The notes below the pieces were generated by a model, which searched no databases, was not told the origin of the DNA, and was given only the letters and a program-made list of their open reading frames with translations. Below, one piece after another: positions 1 to 9,168 of a stretch of 64,000 bases of DNA. Position 1 is the stretch's first letter, and every line of letters begins with the position of its first letter. Both the position numbers and the translations under genes were made by a program. Source of the DNA: an uncultured Actinomycetes bacterium (lineage in GTDB: Bacteria; Actinomycetota; UBA4738; HRBIN12); the NCBI GenBank assembly GCA_963749895.1, contig CAVVOG010000003.1, forward strand, positions 63,415 through 127,414, written 5' to 3'.

Positions 1-382
1 CGGTCGGCGCGGACCCTGGCTTCGCTTGATGGACGCCCTCGGGTTCGGTTTCGACTCCTGAGCCCGCATCGACCGCCCCCTCGTCCCGCGATCGCGGAGG
101 TGAGTCTGCGCTGTCGACTGTCCCTCGTTCTTCCTACCCTGTGAATCTCGGCAAGGTTGGGTAGGCTACGCGTAACTAGGAGAGGGCCGAAGTGCCTAGG
201 TCGTTGTGGCTAGGTCGACAGGGCATACCCCGAGGTGGGGAGGGGTTCCAGGTTTCGGATCGTCTTGCCCGTGGCTGGGAGGCCAAGGGGCCGAGGGACT
301 CTAGGACTTTCCGCTGATTGACCTAACCCACGATGAGGCTACAGCATACGGATGACCGGCTCTCCATCCCCCTGATAGGGGA

Positions 383-1981
383 GTGGAGGGGATGAGCCTC
401 CGAGGCGGAGGGCGTGAGGCTCCGAGGGCGGTGTGGCGAAACCCTCAGGATGGGCGGATCTGGATGGGCTTGGAGATGAGTACACAGGTCGGGACGGAGG
501 CGGACGACACCGTCGAGGTCGACCGGTCGCGGACGGCCGACGTCCTGCGCGTGACCGCGGGTGACGTCACCGTCACGACCGAGGTCCCGCTCGAGGAACC
601 GCGTGCGCGGGTGGCACAGCCCTCCGCGGCGGCGGCTCGCCGTCGGGTGGCGTTCGGCATCGCCATGGGCGACGTCGTCGCGTTCGTGGCCGCGATCGTC
701 GTGTCCGACGTGTTGCGTGACACCTCCTTGCCCGTGGCGCTCCTCATGGTGCTCCCGATCCCGCTGTGGCTCGCACTGGTGGGCGCCTTCAGCAATACGG
801 CGTCGTCCGTGATCGCCGGGAGGCTCGGGCTCGCCCGGATCGGCGGGAGCGTCGGCATCGTCGGGTGCGGGGTGGCGATCATCGCCGGTGGGACCCCGGG
901 GTTCGGACCCCGGCTCGGCGTCTTCGTCTCGGCGCTGCTGATCCTCGATCTGTTGCAGCGCGGTGGGTGGGCCTTCTACGCGAGGAGCGAGCGTCGTCAG
1001 GGCCGGCTCCGTCTGCGGACCGTCCTGGTCGGCACGGGAGGCGAGCCCGCCGACTTCGTCGAGATCTTGCGGTCGACAGCCTCGGACCTGATGCCGGTCG
1101 GACGGTTCGTGATGCGCGCCGAGGAGCCGCCCCCGGATGCCCTGCCGACCTTCCGCCGGCTCTCCGAGATCGCCGAGCTGGCGTCCGATGGGACGATCGA
1201 TTGCCTGCTGGTGGCCTCGAGCTCGTTCACCCGAGGGGAGCTCGCGGAGCTGCGGCGGTTCTGCCGCACGTCCGAGCTCCAGCTCCGCGTGTTCACCCGC
1301 GCGCCGGAGGCGGTCGGGTCCAAGCTCGACATCTCGCCTCTCGGGCCGGGGGCCCTCGTCACGGTCCGACCGGCGAAGCTGAACGGCGTCCAGGCCGTCT
1401 TGAAGCGGGGCATGGACATCGTCGCGTCGTCGATCGGCCTGCTCCTGCTCTCGCCGGTGTTCGCGGTGATCGCGATCCTCATCAAGAGGTCCTCGCCGGG
1501 TCCGGTCTTCTTCCGGCAGAACCGCGTGACGCGCGGGGGAAGGGTCTTCAGGATCGCCAAGTTCCGGACGATGGTTACCGACGTGGACCGAATCTTCGCC
1601 GAGAACGGCATCGATCCGACCGTGCCGTTCTTCAAGCCGGACGGCGAGATGCTCGTCACCCGCGTCGGGCGCGTGCTCAGGGCGACCAGTCTCGACGAGC
1701 TTCCCCAGCTCTGGAACGTGCTGGTGGGACAGATGAGCCTCGTCGGGCCGCGGCCGCTCCCACAGGACCAGGTCGTGGCCAACCCCGCGCTGCTCGAGGG
1801 TCGTCACGACGTCCGCGCCGGGGTGACCGGGTGGTGGCAGGTCAACGGGCGCAGCGATGTCCCTGCCGAGGAGGCGGTCCGCCAAGACGTCTTCTACGTC
1901 GAGAACTGGTCGGTCGGGCTCGATATCCGCATCCTCCTCAAGACGTTCGGGGTGCTCGTGTCCCGGCGGGGTGCCTATTGA
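383..1981 (+). CDS. Polyprenyl-phosphate glycosyl-1-phosphate transferase (bacterial sugar transferase family), priming enzyme of the polysaccharide locus
   Basis: 532-aa ORF with a hydrophobic N-terminal half. C-terminal blocks PGPVFFRQNRVTRGGRVFRIAKFRTM, DELPQLWNVLVGQMSLVGPRPLP, GWWQVNGRSD and YVENWSVGLDIRILLKT are typical of WbaP/EpsB-type transferases. Start uncertain (in-frame ATG at 383, 464, 476). Confidence 0.85.
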   Translation: MEGMSLRGGGREAPRAVWRNPQDGRIWMGLEMSTQVGTEADDTVEVDRSRTADVLRVTAGDVTVTTEVPLEEPRARVAQPSAAAARRRVAFGIAMGDVVAFVAAIVVSDVLRDTSLPVALLMVLPIPLWLALVGAFSNTASSVIAGRLGLARIGGSVGIVGCGVAIIAGGTPGFGPRLGVFVSALLILDLLQRGGWAFYARSERRQGRLRLRTVLVGTGGEPADFVEILRSTASDLMPVGRFVMRAEEPPPDALPTFRRLSEIAELASDGTIDCLLVASSSFTRGELAELRRFCRTSELQLRVFTRAPEAVGSKLDISPLGPGALVTVRPAKLNGVQAVLKRGMDIVASSIGLLLLSPVFAVIAILIKRSSPGPVFFRQNRVTRGGRVFRIAKFRTMVTDVDRIFAENGIDPTVPFFKPDGEMLVTRVGRVLRATSLDELPQLWNVLVGQMSLVGPRPLPQDQVVANPALLEGRHDVRAGVTGWWQVNGRSDVPAEEAVRQDVFYVENWSVGLDIRILLKTFGVLVSRRGAY

Positions 1982-2019
1982 TCCGACATCCATCGAGTTG
2001 GCCTCTCGAGGAGGCTTCC

Positions 2020-2883
2020 GTGAGCTCGCCATCGTTGCCCGACCTCTCGTCACGGGAGATCGCCGGCATGCGGGTCGATGCCACCTCCTACGAGGACTCG
2101 ATCCTCCGCGTGATGACGTGGGCGGCGGGCGCTGAGTCCAAGGCGGTCGCGATCGCCACCGTGAACAACGTGATGGAGGCGCACGACGACCCATCGTTCG
2201 CCGCGGTGATGGCCGAGTGCGACCTCGTCACACCCGACGGGATGCCGCTGGTGTGGGCCCTGCGGCGACTGGGGGTCCGGGACGCGACGCGCGTGTACGG
2301 GCCGGAGCTCACGCCCCGGCTCCTCGCTCGCGCCGCCCGCGACGGGGTGCCCGTCGGCTTCTACGGCGGGACCGACGAGGTGATCGCCGCCTTGCTCGCA
2401 AGGCTCGAGCGCGAACTGCCCTCCCTCGAGGTCGCCTACGTGCACGCGCCACCCTTCCGCGCCCTCACCCCCGAAGAGGACGCCACGGTCGTCGACGCGG
2501 TCGTCGCGTCCGGGTGCCGTCTGCTGTTCGTGGGCATCGGGTGCCCGAAGCAGGAGCGATGGATCGTCGAGCACCGAACCGAGATCCCCGCCGTGATGCT
2601 CGGCGTAGGCGCCGCGTTCGACTTCTACGCGGGCCTGAAGCGGCAGGCGCCCGGCTGGATGCAGCGGAGCGGGCTCGAGTGGCTGTTCCGCCTGGGCACA
2701 GAACCGCGGCGGCTGTGGAAGCGATACCTTCGACACAACCCTCGATTCGTGGCGCTGTTCGCCGCGCAGCTGGTACGGACGAAGACGCCGTCGCGACGCG
2801 CGGCGGAGCCGCGGATCACGGATCAGAACGCGAGACCAACACCGAATTCGACACCAAGACCAGAACCGAGGAAGGAGTCATGA
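2020..2883 (+). CDS. WecB/TagA/CpsF-family (GT26) glycosyltransferase
   Basis: In-frame GTG at 2020 is preceded by GAGGAGG (2009-2015). Motifs LVTPDGMPLVW, FYGG, LLFVGIGCPKQERW and GVGAAFDFYAG are present. The upstream part of ORF 766..2883 is only read-through across the previous gene. Confidence 0.85.
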   Translation: MSSPSLPDLSSREIAGMRVDATSYEDSILRVMTWAAGAESKAVAIATVNNVMEAHDDPSFAAVMAECDLVTPDGMPLVWALRRLGVRDATRVYGPELTPRLLARAARDGVPVGFYGGTDEVIAALLARLERELPSLEVAYVHAPPFRALTPEEDATVVDAVVASGCRLLFVGIGCPKQERWIVEHRTEIPAVMLGVGAAFDFYAGLKRQAPGWMQRSGLEWLFRLGTEPRRLWKRYLRHNPRFVALFAAQLVRTKTPSRRAAEPRITDQNARPTPNSTPRPEPRKES

Positions 2884-3872
2884 CGATGAAGCGTGCGGTC
2901 GTGGGAGGCGCAGGTGGGTTCATCGGCCACCACCTGGTGAAGTACCTGAAGGCCGAGGGGTACTGGGTCCGCGGGGCCGATCTCAAGGAGCCGGAGTACG
3001 AGGCCACCGAAGCCGACGAGTTCGAGATCCGGGACCTGCGCGAGTACGAGAACTGCCTGTGGGCGACCGACGGGGTCGACGAGGTGTACCAGCTCGCCGC
3101 CGACATGGGCGGGATCGGGTACATCACCGCGAACCACGCGGAGGTCGCCCGCAACAACGTGCTGATCAACGCGCACATGCTGGAGGCGGCGTACCGCTCC
3201 GGCGTGGAACGGCACTTCTACTCGTCGTCCGCCTGCATCTACCCGATGTACAAGCAGCACGAGCCCGACGTCACCCCGCTCCGGGAGGAGGACGCCTACC
3301 CGGCGGACCCCGAGGAGGGGTACGGATGGGAGAAGCTCTACGCCGAGAAGCTCTGCCAGTACTACACCGACGAGGGCAAGGTGGAGACCCGCGTCGCGCG
3401 GTTCCACAACATCTACGGTCCACTCGGCACGTACGAGGGCGGGCGTGAGAAGGCACCCGCGGCGATCAGCCGCAAGGTGGCGTTGGCCGCCGACGGCGAC
3501 TCCATCGAGATCTGGGGCGACGGCAAGCAGACGCGCTCGTTCACGTACGTGGACGACTGCGTCGAGGGGATCGTCCGTCTGATGAGGTCGGACCACCGTG
3601 CTCCGCTGAACCTCGGGACGGACCGGCTGATCTCCGTCGACGACCTCGTCGACCTCGTGAGTGACGTCGCCGGCAAGTCGCTGGTCAAGGTGCACGACAC
3701 GTCGAAGCCGCAGGGTGTCCGTGGCCGCAACAGCGACAACACGAGGCTCCGCGAGGTGCTCGGCTGGGAGCCGGGAACCACCCTCGAGGACGGCATGGGG
3801 ACGACCTATCGCTGGATCGAGGCCGAGCTGGCCCGCGCGGGTCGGATCGCCCCGCGCGCCGAAGTCAGCTGA
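2880..3872 (+). CDS. GDP-mannose 3,5-epimerase-like NAD-dependent epimerase (extended SDR)
   Basis: ATG 2880 follows GAAGGAG and overlaps the upstream stop (ATGA). Motifs GGAGGFIGHH, SSSACIYP, YGWEKL (YxxxK), RFHNIYGP, GGREKAPAA, QTRSFTYVDDCVEG and GVRGRNSDN are colinear by eye with GME over the full length. Confidence 0.8.
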   Translation: MTMKRAVVGGAGGFIGHHLVKYLKAEGYWVRGADLKEPEYEATEADEFEIRDLREYENCLWATDGVDEVYQLAADMGGIGYITANHAEVARNNVLINAHMLEAAYRSGVERHFYSSSACIYPMYKQHEPDVTPLREEDAYPADPEEGYGWEKLYAEKLCQYYTDEGKVETRVARFHNIYGPLGTYEGGREKAPAAISRKVALAADGDSIEIWGDGKQTRSFTYVDDCVEGIVRLMRSDHRAPLNLGTDRLISVDDLVDLVSDVAGKSLVKVHDTSKPQGVRGRNSDNTRLREVLGWEPGTTLEDGMGTTYRWIEAELARAGRIAPRAEVS

Positions 3873-5191
3873 TGCGCATCTGCGTCATCGGCACCGGCCA
3901 CGTCGGTCTCGTCACGTGCGTGACGCTGGCCGAGATCGGCCACGACGTGACCGGGACGGACCAGGATGCCGAGAAGATGGAGGCGCTGCGGCAGGGCCGC
4001 TCGCCCTTCCACGAGCCGGGGCTCGACGACCTCCTCCGCCGACACCTCGACGCGGGGGATCTCCGGTTCGTCGACGATCCGAGTGGTGCCGTCGCGACGG
4101 CCGACGTCGTGTTCATCTGCGTCGGGACGCCTCCCCGGGCATCCGGGGAGGCGAACCTGCTCGCGGTCGAGCAGGTGGCACGTCAGGTCGCTCAGGATGC
4201 TGCCGGCCCCCTCGTGATCGTCCAGAAATCGACGGTTCCGGCCGGCAGCGCGGACCGACTCCGTCGGACCCTCACGCTCGAGCGCCCCGATCTGGGGCCG
4301 ACGATCGACGTGGTCTCGAACCCCGAGTTCCTCCGGGAGGGCAGAGCGGTGGAGGACTCCCTCCTCCCGGACCGGATCCTGGTCGGGGCGTCGACCGAGC
4401 GGGCGTTCGCCGCGTTGCGCGAGGTCTATCGCCCGCTCCTCGATCGAGGTGTCCGACTGATCGAGACGGACGTGCGGAGCGCCGAACTGGCCAAGCACGC
4501 CAGCAACGCCTTCCTCGCCCTCAAGATCTCGTTCGCGAACGCACTCGCGAGGATCGCCGAGCGCACCGGATCCGATGTGGAGTCCGTCACCGGCATCATG
4601 GGTGCGGATCCGCGGATCGGCGCCGACTTCCTCTCTGCCGGCATCGGGTTCGGGGGGTACTGCTTCCCGAAGGACCTCGTGGCCTTCGATCACCTCGCAG
4701 CGTCGGTCGGGTACGAGTTCGGCCTGTTGAAGGAGGTCGCCGCGATCAACGAGGAGGCGGTCGCGGCGGCCGTCGACAAGGTGCGTGACGCCCTGTGGAA
4801 CCTCGAGGGCAAGCGCGTGGCGCTGCTCGGGCTGTCCTTCAAGCCCGAGACGGACGACGTTCGCTTCTCGCCCGCCCTGGCGGTGGCGCGCAGCCTGCTG
4901 GCGTCGGGCGCCGAGGTCGTGGGCACCGACCCGCAGGCATCGACCGCCGCCCTGCAGGAGGTTCCCGGTCTCGAGATCGCGGAGAACGCCTACGAGGCTG
5001 CGCGGGGTGCGCATTGCCTCGTGCTGTGCACGGCGTGGGACGAGTACCGGAACCTCGACCCCGCCAAGCTCGGCGAGCTGGTCGCGTACCGTGTGATCGT
5101 CGACGGGCGCAACGCCCTGGACGGTGCTGCGTTCGCGGAGGCGGGGTTCGCCTACCACGCGATGGGTCGGCCGTCGCGCGGCACCGTGTAG
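3872..5191 (+). CDS. ugd: UDP-glucose 6-dehydrogenase
   Basis: [14 protein letters not shown] Rossmann N-terminus, NPEFLREG, and GGYCFPKD catalytic-Cys block. The start overlaps the upstream stop (TGATG). Confidence 0.9.
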   Translation: MRICVIGTGHVGLVTCVTLAEIGHDVTGTDQDAEKMEALRQGRSPFHEPGLDDLLRRHLDAGDLRFVDDPSGAVATADVVFICVGTPPRASGEANLLAVEQVARQVAQDAAGPLVIVQKSTVPAGSADRLRRTLTLERPDLGPTIDVVSNPEFLREGRAVEDSLLPDRILVGASTERAFAALREVYRPLLDRGVRLIETDVRSAELAKHASNAFLALKISFANALARIAERTGSDVESVTGIMGADPRIGADFLSAGIGFGGYCFPKDLVAFDHLAASVGYEFGLLKEVAAINEEAVAAAVDKVRDALWNLEGKRVALLGLSFKPETDDVRFSPALAVARSLLASGAEVVGTDPQASTAALQEVPGLEIAENAYEAARGAHCLVLCTAWDEYRNLDPAKLGELVAYRVIVDGRNALDGAAFAEAGFAYHAMGRPSRGTV

Positions 5192-5201
5192 GGTCTCGGT
5201 C

Positions 5202-6131
5202 GTGCGTGCGGTCGTCACGGGCGCGGCGGGCTTCGTCGGGTCGCACGTCGTCACGAGGCTGGTGGACGACGGGTGGACCGTCGTTGGGCTCGACAACCTC
5301 GTCACCGGTCGTGACGAGAACCTCGATCATCTCGCCGAGAGGGACACCTTCTCGCTCCGCCACGCCGACGTGTCCGAGGGGTTCACGCTCGACGGAGAGG
5401 TGGACCTGGTGCTGCATCTCGCCTCGCCGGCCTCCCCGCCGGACTACCTGCAGCGCCCCCTCCAGACGCTCCGGGCGGGCTCCCTCGGCACGCAGTCTGC
5501 GCTCGACCTGGCGACGGAGAAGGGCGCCCGGATCGTGCTGGCCTCGACGTCGGAGGTCTACGGCGACCCGCTCGTACATCCGCAGACGGAGGACTACTGG
5601 GGCAACGTGAACCCGGTGGGTCCGCGTTCCGTGTACGACGAGGCGAAGCGCTACGCGGAGGCGCTGGCGATGGCCTATCACCGGGTCCACGGACTGTCGG
5701 TCGCGCTGGCGCGGATCTTCAACACCTACGGGCCGCGGATGCGCCGCGACGACGGGCGAGCGGTGCCGAACTTCGTCGTCCAGGCACTGCACGACGAGCC
5801 GATCACCGTGCACGGGGACGGATCGCAGACCCGTTCGCTGTGCTTCGTCGACGACCTCGTCGAGGGTCTGATGAGGCTCGCGGCGAGCGAGCACACGGGT
5901 CCGCTGAACCTGGGCAATCCCGAGGAGGTCACGGTGCTCCAGCTCGCTGAGCTGGTCCGCGAGCTGAGCGACAGCCGCTCCGAGGTGGTGTTCGTCGAAC
6001 GGCCGGAGGACGACCCCGCCCGGCGACGTCCCGACATCACGCTCGCGAGGTCGGTCCTGGGGTGGGAGCCGACCGTTCCGCTGCGCGAGGGGCTGGCCCG
6101 GACGCTCGAGTGGGCGACGCCGCGATGGTGA
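5202..6131 (+). CDS. uxs: UDP-glucuronate decarboxylase (UDP-xylose synthase)
   Basis: GTG 5202. Motifs [57 protein letters not shown] and [14 protein letters not shown]. Confidence 0.85.
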   Translation: MRAVVTGAAGFVGSHVVTRLVDDGWTVVGLDNLVTGRDENLDHLAERDTFSLRHADVSEGFTLDGEVDLVLHLASPASPPDYLQRPLQTLRAGSLGTQSALDLATEKGARIVLASTSEVYGDPLVHPQTEDYWGNVNPVGPRSVYDEAKRYAEALAMAYHRVHGLSVALARIFNTYGPRMRRDDGRAVPNFVVQALHDEPITVHGDGSQTRSLCFVDDLVEGLMRLAASEHTGPLNLGNPEEVTVLQLAELVRELSDSRSEVVFVERPEDDPARRRPDITLARSVLGWEPTVPLREGLARTLEWATPRW

Positions 6132-6141
6132 CCGGCCGCCC

Positions 6142-7296
6142 ATGCGCATCCTGATCCTGCATTCGCGGTACCTGTCCGGCGACGTGTCGGGCGAGAACCG
6201 TGTCGTCCGGGACGAGGCGCGGGTGCTGTCGGAGGCCGGCCACGACGTGCTCCTGCACGAGCCGGCCCCCTCCGTGTCGGGCCTGCGGGCGCAGGCCTCG
6301 ACGGCGGCGAACAGCATCTGGGCGACGCGGGTCGCGGCTGAGGTGAACGCGACGGTGCGGCGTCGGGGGATCGACGTGGTGCACGTCCACAACCTCTTCC
6401 CCGAGCTGTCCCCCCTCGTGCTCAAGGCGGCCCGTCGTGGGGGGGCGGCCGTCGTGATGACGCTGCACAACTTCCGTCTGATGTGCCTGCCGGCCACGCT
6501 GCAGCGTGAGGGCCGAGCCTGCGAGCTCTGCGTCGGACGGCTCCCGTTGCCCGGTGTCCGGTACGGGTGCTACCGGGGCTCGAGGGTCGGTTCGGCGGTC
6601 ATGGCGACGTCGCTCGCGCTCCATCGGGCGATCGGGTCCTTCGGCGCGGTCGACCGCTACCTGGCGGTGAGCGGATACGTCCGCGACCGCCACATCGAGG
6701 CGGGGCTCGACCCGGCGAGGGTCGGCGTCAAGGAGAACTTCGTCTGGCCGCAGCTCGCCCGTCGCGGGACCGAGGGACCGTTCCTGTTCCTGGGCCGCCT
6801 CACCTCCGAGAAGGGTCTCGACACGCTGTTCGATGCGTGGCGAGCGGCGCCGGATCTGGGGGAACTGGTCGTGGCCGGCGACGGACCCGAGCTCGAACGG
6901 CTCCGCGGCGCCGCGCCCGTCGGGGTCCGCGTGATCGGAGCGGTGCCCGCGGACCAGGTCCCCGACATGGTCGCCGCGGCGCGGGCCGTCCTCGTGCCGT
7001 CCGTGTGGCCGGAGCCCGCGGTGCCACGGGCCGTCCTCGAGGCCTACGCGTCGCGTGTCGGTGTGGTCGCCAGCGCGGTGGGGGGGATGCGCGAAGGGGT
7101 TCGTGAGGGTGAGACCGGGTACCTGGTCCCGCCGGGCGACGTCGATGCCTGGGTCGAGGCGCTCCGGCGGCTCCGCCGTGCGGGCGAAGCCGAACGCCTC
7201 GGTGACGGGGGCTTCGCCGTGTGGCGCGAACGCTACGGGCCGGACGCGGGGCTCCGTGCGCTCGAGGCCGTCTACGCGGAAGCGGCCGCTCGATGA
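6142..7296 (+). CDS. GT4-family (GT-B fold) glycosyltransferase
   Basis: MRILILHSRY N-terminus, FLGRLTSEKG, and an EPAVPRAVLEAYASRVGVVASAVGGMREGV block resembling the E-x7-E region. Confidence 0.85.
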   Translation: MRILILHSRYLSGDVSGENRVVRDEARVLSEAGHDVLLHEPAPSVSGLRAQASTAANSIWATRVAAEVNATVRRRGIDVVHVHNLFPELSPLVLKAARRGGAAVVMTLHNFRLMCLPATLQREGRACELCVGRLPLPGVRYGCYRGSRVGSAVMATSLALHRAIGSFGAVDRYLAVSGYVRDRHIEAGLDPARVGVKENFVWPQLARRGTEGPFLFLGRLTSEKGLDTLFDAWRAAPDLGELVVAGDGPELERLRGAAPVGVRVIGAVPADQVPDMVAAARAVLVPSVWPEPAVPRAVLEAYASRVGVVASAVGGMREGVREGETGYLVPPGDVDAWVEALRRLRRAGEAERLGDGGFAVWRERYGPDAGLRALEAVYAEAAAR

Positions 7297-7298
7297 GG

Positions 7299-8237
7299 TC
7301 AGCGGTGCAGACGCGCGGCGGCCTTGCGGGGCAACTCGTCGGTGAGTCGGCCCCACGGACGGTACAGCCGGTTGCGCCGACGGAACCGCTCCAGCGCGGC
7401 ATCGAACGCGGGGTCGCTCGCGATCGTCCGTTCGAAGCGCTCGGTCGCCCACGCGTACAGCTCGACGTCCAGGCTGTTGGCGGCCCGGATCTGCTCGACG
7501 GTCGCAGGCGACGGCGGAACCTTCTCGGCGGCAGGCGCGACGTTGGCTGCGACGTAGTAGAGGTGCGACCAGTCGAAGGCACGCCCCATCAGCAGGAGGC
7601 TCTCGTCGAAGCGCTCCGTGAGCCCGACGACCGCGAACCGATCCTCGAGGTGCGCCTTCGCCGTCGCGAGCATCTCCCCGTCGCACTCCCCGAACGGGGT
7701 CGAGACGTCGCCGGCGAGCGCGCGGGTCTGGCTGTTGTCGGTTTCGAGCGAGAGCCCGCTCGTGACGAATCCCTCCAAAGGGAGTCCTCGCGTGCGGAGC
7801 TCCTCGTGCAGGATGTGCTTGGGCGTGCGCCCGATGTAGCGGTAGAGGGAGACGACGAGCTCCACGGGGTCGCGCAGCATCGTGACGTAGGTGCTCGGGC
7901 GGGGGATCAGCTCGTGAAGCCCGTAGGGGGCATGCCCCATCACCAGCCGCGCGCGGGCGCGATCGGTCTCGGGGATCGCGGCGAACGCCGCCAGGCCCCC
8001 TTCCCGTCGCAGTCGGCCGGGCTCGGGCAACGGCGCTCGGAACTCGAGGATCTGGTTCCGGCGGACCTGTCGTCGCAGGATGCTCCTGAGCGACGACCCC
8101 GCCGTCTTGCCGATATGGAGGAAGATGATGGTCGGATCGGCTGATCGCAAGGGGCGGCAGTCTAGCAGCGGATATACTGCCGCCCCTCCCGTGGGTGATG
8201 CAGCTCCTCCCGTCTCCGTCGTGTGCATCGGCGCCAT
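7299..8237 (-). CDS. Sulfotransferase ST1 (HxxKTGG-type PAPS loop, Sulfotransfer_2-like)
   Basis: FLHIGKTAGSSL (5'-PSB-like) and MLRDPVELVVSLY (3'-PB-like). The longest ORF starts at ATG 8237. A TTG at 8150, eight nt after a TAGACT hexamer, would remove the divergent overlap with ST2. Confidence 0.75.
   Translation of the reverse strand: MAPMHTTETGGAASPTGGAAVYPLLDCRPLRSADPTIIFLHIGKTAGSSLRSILRRQVRRNQILEFRAPLPEPGRLRREGGLAAFAAIPETDRARARLVMGHAPYGLHELIPRPSTYVTMLRDPVELVVSLYRYIGRTPKHILHEELRTRGLPLEGFVTSGLSLETDNSQTRALAGDVSTPFGECDGEMLATAKAHLEDRFAVVGLTERFDESLLLMGRAFDWSHLYYVAANVAPAAEKVPPSPATVEQIRAANSLDVELYAWATERFERTIASDPAFDAALERFRRRNRLYRPWGRLTDELPRKAAARLHR
8150..8187. repeat. 12-bp perfect inverted repeat (AGGGGCGGCAGT / ACTGCCGCCCCT, 14-nt spacer) in the divergent ST1/ST2 start region
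   Basis: Read directly: 8150-8161 is the exact reverse complement of 8176-8187. The hexamers TAGACT (minus, 8164-8159) and TATACT (plus, 8173-8178) straddle the junctions between spacer and repeat arms. Confidence 0.8.
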
Positions 8238-9168
8238 CGGTCAGAGCGGATCGACGCTCCTGACGCGCATGCTCGGACAGGTCCCCGGCTTCGTCGCCGT
8301 GGGCGAGACCGGCCGCGTCTGGGACAAGGGCCTCGGCGAGAACATGGAGTGCGGGTGCGGTCAGCCCTTCCGGTCGTGCGACTTCTGGTCGCAGGTCGGA
8401 GAGGCGGCGTTCGGCGGGTGGGGGTCGGTCGACGCACGTGAGGCGACGCGACTGCGTGACCACCTGACCCTGCGCGGTCGGGCTCCCCATCCTTTCGCGT
8501 TGCCGCTCGTCCTGTGGCCCCGACTCTCCAAGGGGTTCGCGAAGGACATGGCCCGCTACGCCTCGCTGATGCATCGCCTGTACGCGGGGATCAGCGAGGT
8601 GTCCGGAGGCAGCACGATCGTCGACTCGATGAAGCAGCCGGCGCACGTCTACATGATGAGCAGGATGCAGGGTATCGACGTCGACGTCGTCCACATCGTG
8701 CGGGACCCGCGCGGCGTCGCCTACTCGAAGACGAAGTGGATCCACCGGCAGGGCGCGAGGTCCGACGAGTTCCGGGTGCGGCGCAAGCCGCCGAAGACGG
8801 CGGAGAAGTGGACGTGGATGAACCTGTCGTTCGACGCCCTGCCGTTGACGGGCGAGCCGGTCACCCGGGTGACGTACGAGGCCCTCGTCGGCTCTCCGGA
8901 GCAGGCGATGTCGCAGGTCCTGACCGGCATCGGACGCCCTCCCGGCGAGGGCGATCTCGGATTCATCCACGGCAACGAGGTCGTTCTGTCCGTCGACCAC
9001 TTCGCCGCGGGCAGTCGGATGCGTCTGCAGGCCGGGCCGGTTCCCCTGGTGCTCGATGAGGTCTGGCGACGGGAGCTTCCCTCGGGCCAGCGTCGCCTGG
9101 TGACCGCCCTCAGCCTTCCGCTGCTGCGCCGGTACGGCTACCCGGTTCGGACCGGGCCGGAGGGCTGA
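8191..9168 (+). CDS. Sulfotransferase ST2 (P-loop GQSGSTLL type)
   Basis: VVCIGAIGQSGSTLLTRML (5'-PSB) and VVHIVRDPRGVAYS (3'-PB). The ORF is open from 8080. GTG 8191 was chosen to avoid overlap with ST1, so the start is uncertain. Confidence 0.75.
   Translation: MGDAAPPVSVVCIGAIGQSGSTLLTRMLGQVPGFVAVGETGRVWDKGLGENMECGCGQPFRSCDFWSQVGEAAFGGWGSVDAREATRLRDHLTLRGRAPHPFALPLVLWPRLSKGFAKDMARYASLMHRLYAGISEVSGGSTIVDSMKQPAHVYMMSRMQGIDVDVVHIVRDPRGVAYSKTKWIHRQGARSDEFRVRRKPPKTAEKWTWMNLSFDALPLTGEPVTRVTYEALVGSPEQAMSQVLTGIGRPPGEGDLGFIHGNEVVLSVDHFAAGSRMRLQAGPVPLVLDEVWRRELPSGQRRLVTALSLPLLRRYGYPVRTGPEG

Noticed and set aside
1-61. Possible 3' end of an upstream gene (..LRLMDALGFGFDS*), or a tRNA/tmRNA-like GGTTCGGTTTCGACTCC segment.
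   Set aside because: It is too short to support a CDS call. The T-arm-like string does not match GGTTCGAATCC-type consensus, and no acceptor stem or CCA context is visible.
8080-8190. N-terminal extension of ST2 (MLLSDDPAVLPIWRKMMVGSADRKGRQSSSGYTAAPP), and the corresponding ST1 extension 8151..8237.
   Set aside because: Using both longest ORFs forces a 158-nt divergent overlap. The extensions lack conservation features and lie across the palindromic promoter-like element. Shorter starts are preferred but unproven.
6037-9000. 987-aa minus-strand ORF spanning the GT4, ST1 and ST2 genes. Similar very long ORFs occur at 323..2194(-), 21066..22487(-), 22447..24276(-), 24337..26484(-), 35212..37065(-), 39534..41591(+), 41981..44254(-), 47735..50029(+) and 59817..61679(-).
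   Set aside because: They run antisense or out of frame to genes with clear family motifs (for example groEL, pcrA, purH and guaA). Their translations are Arg/Pro/Gly/Asp-rich low-complexity sequence without recognisable motifs. Stop codons are simply rare in off-frames of ~70% GC DNA.
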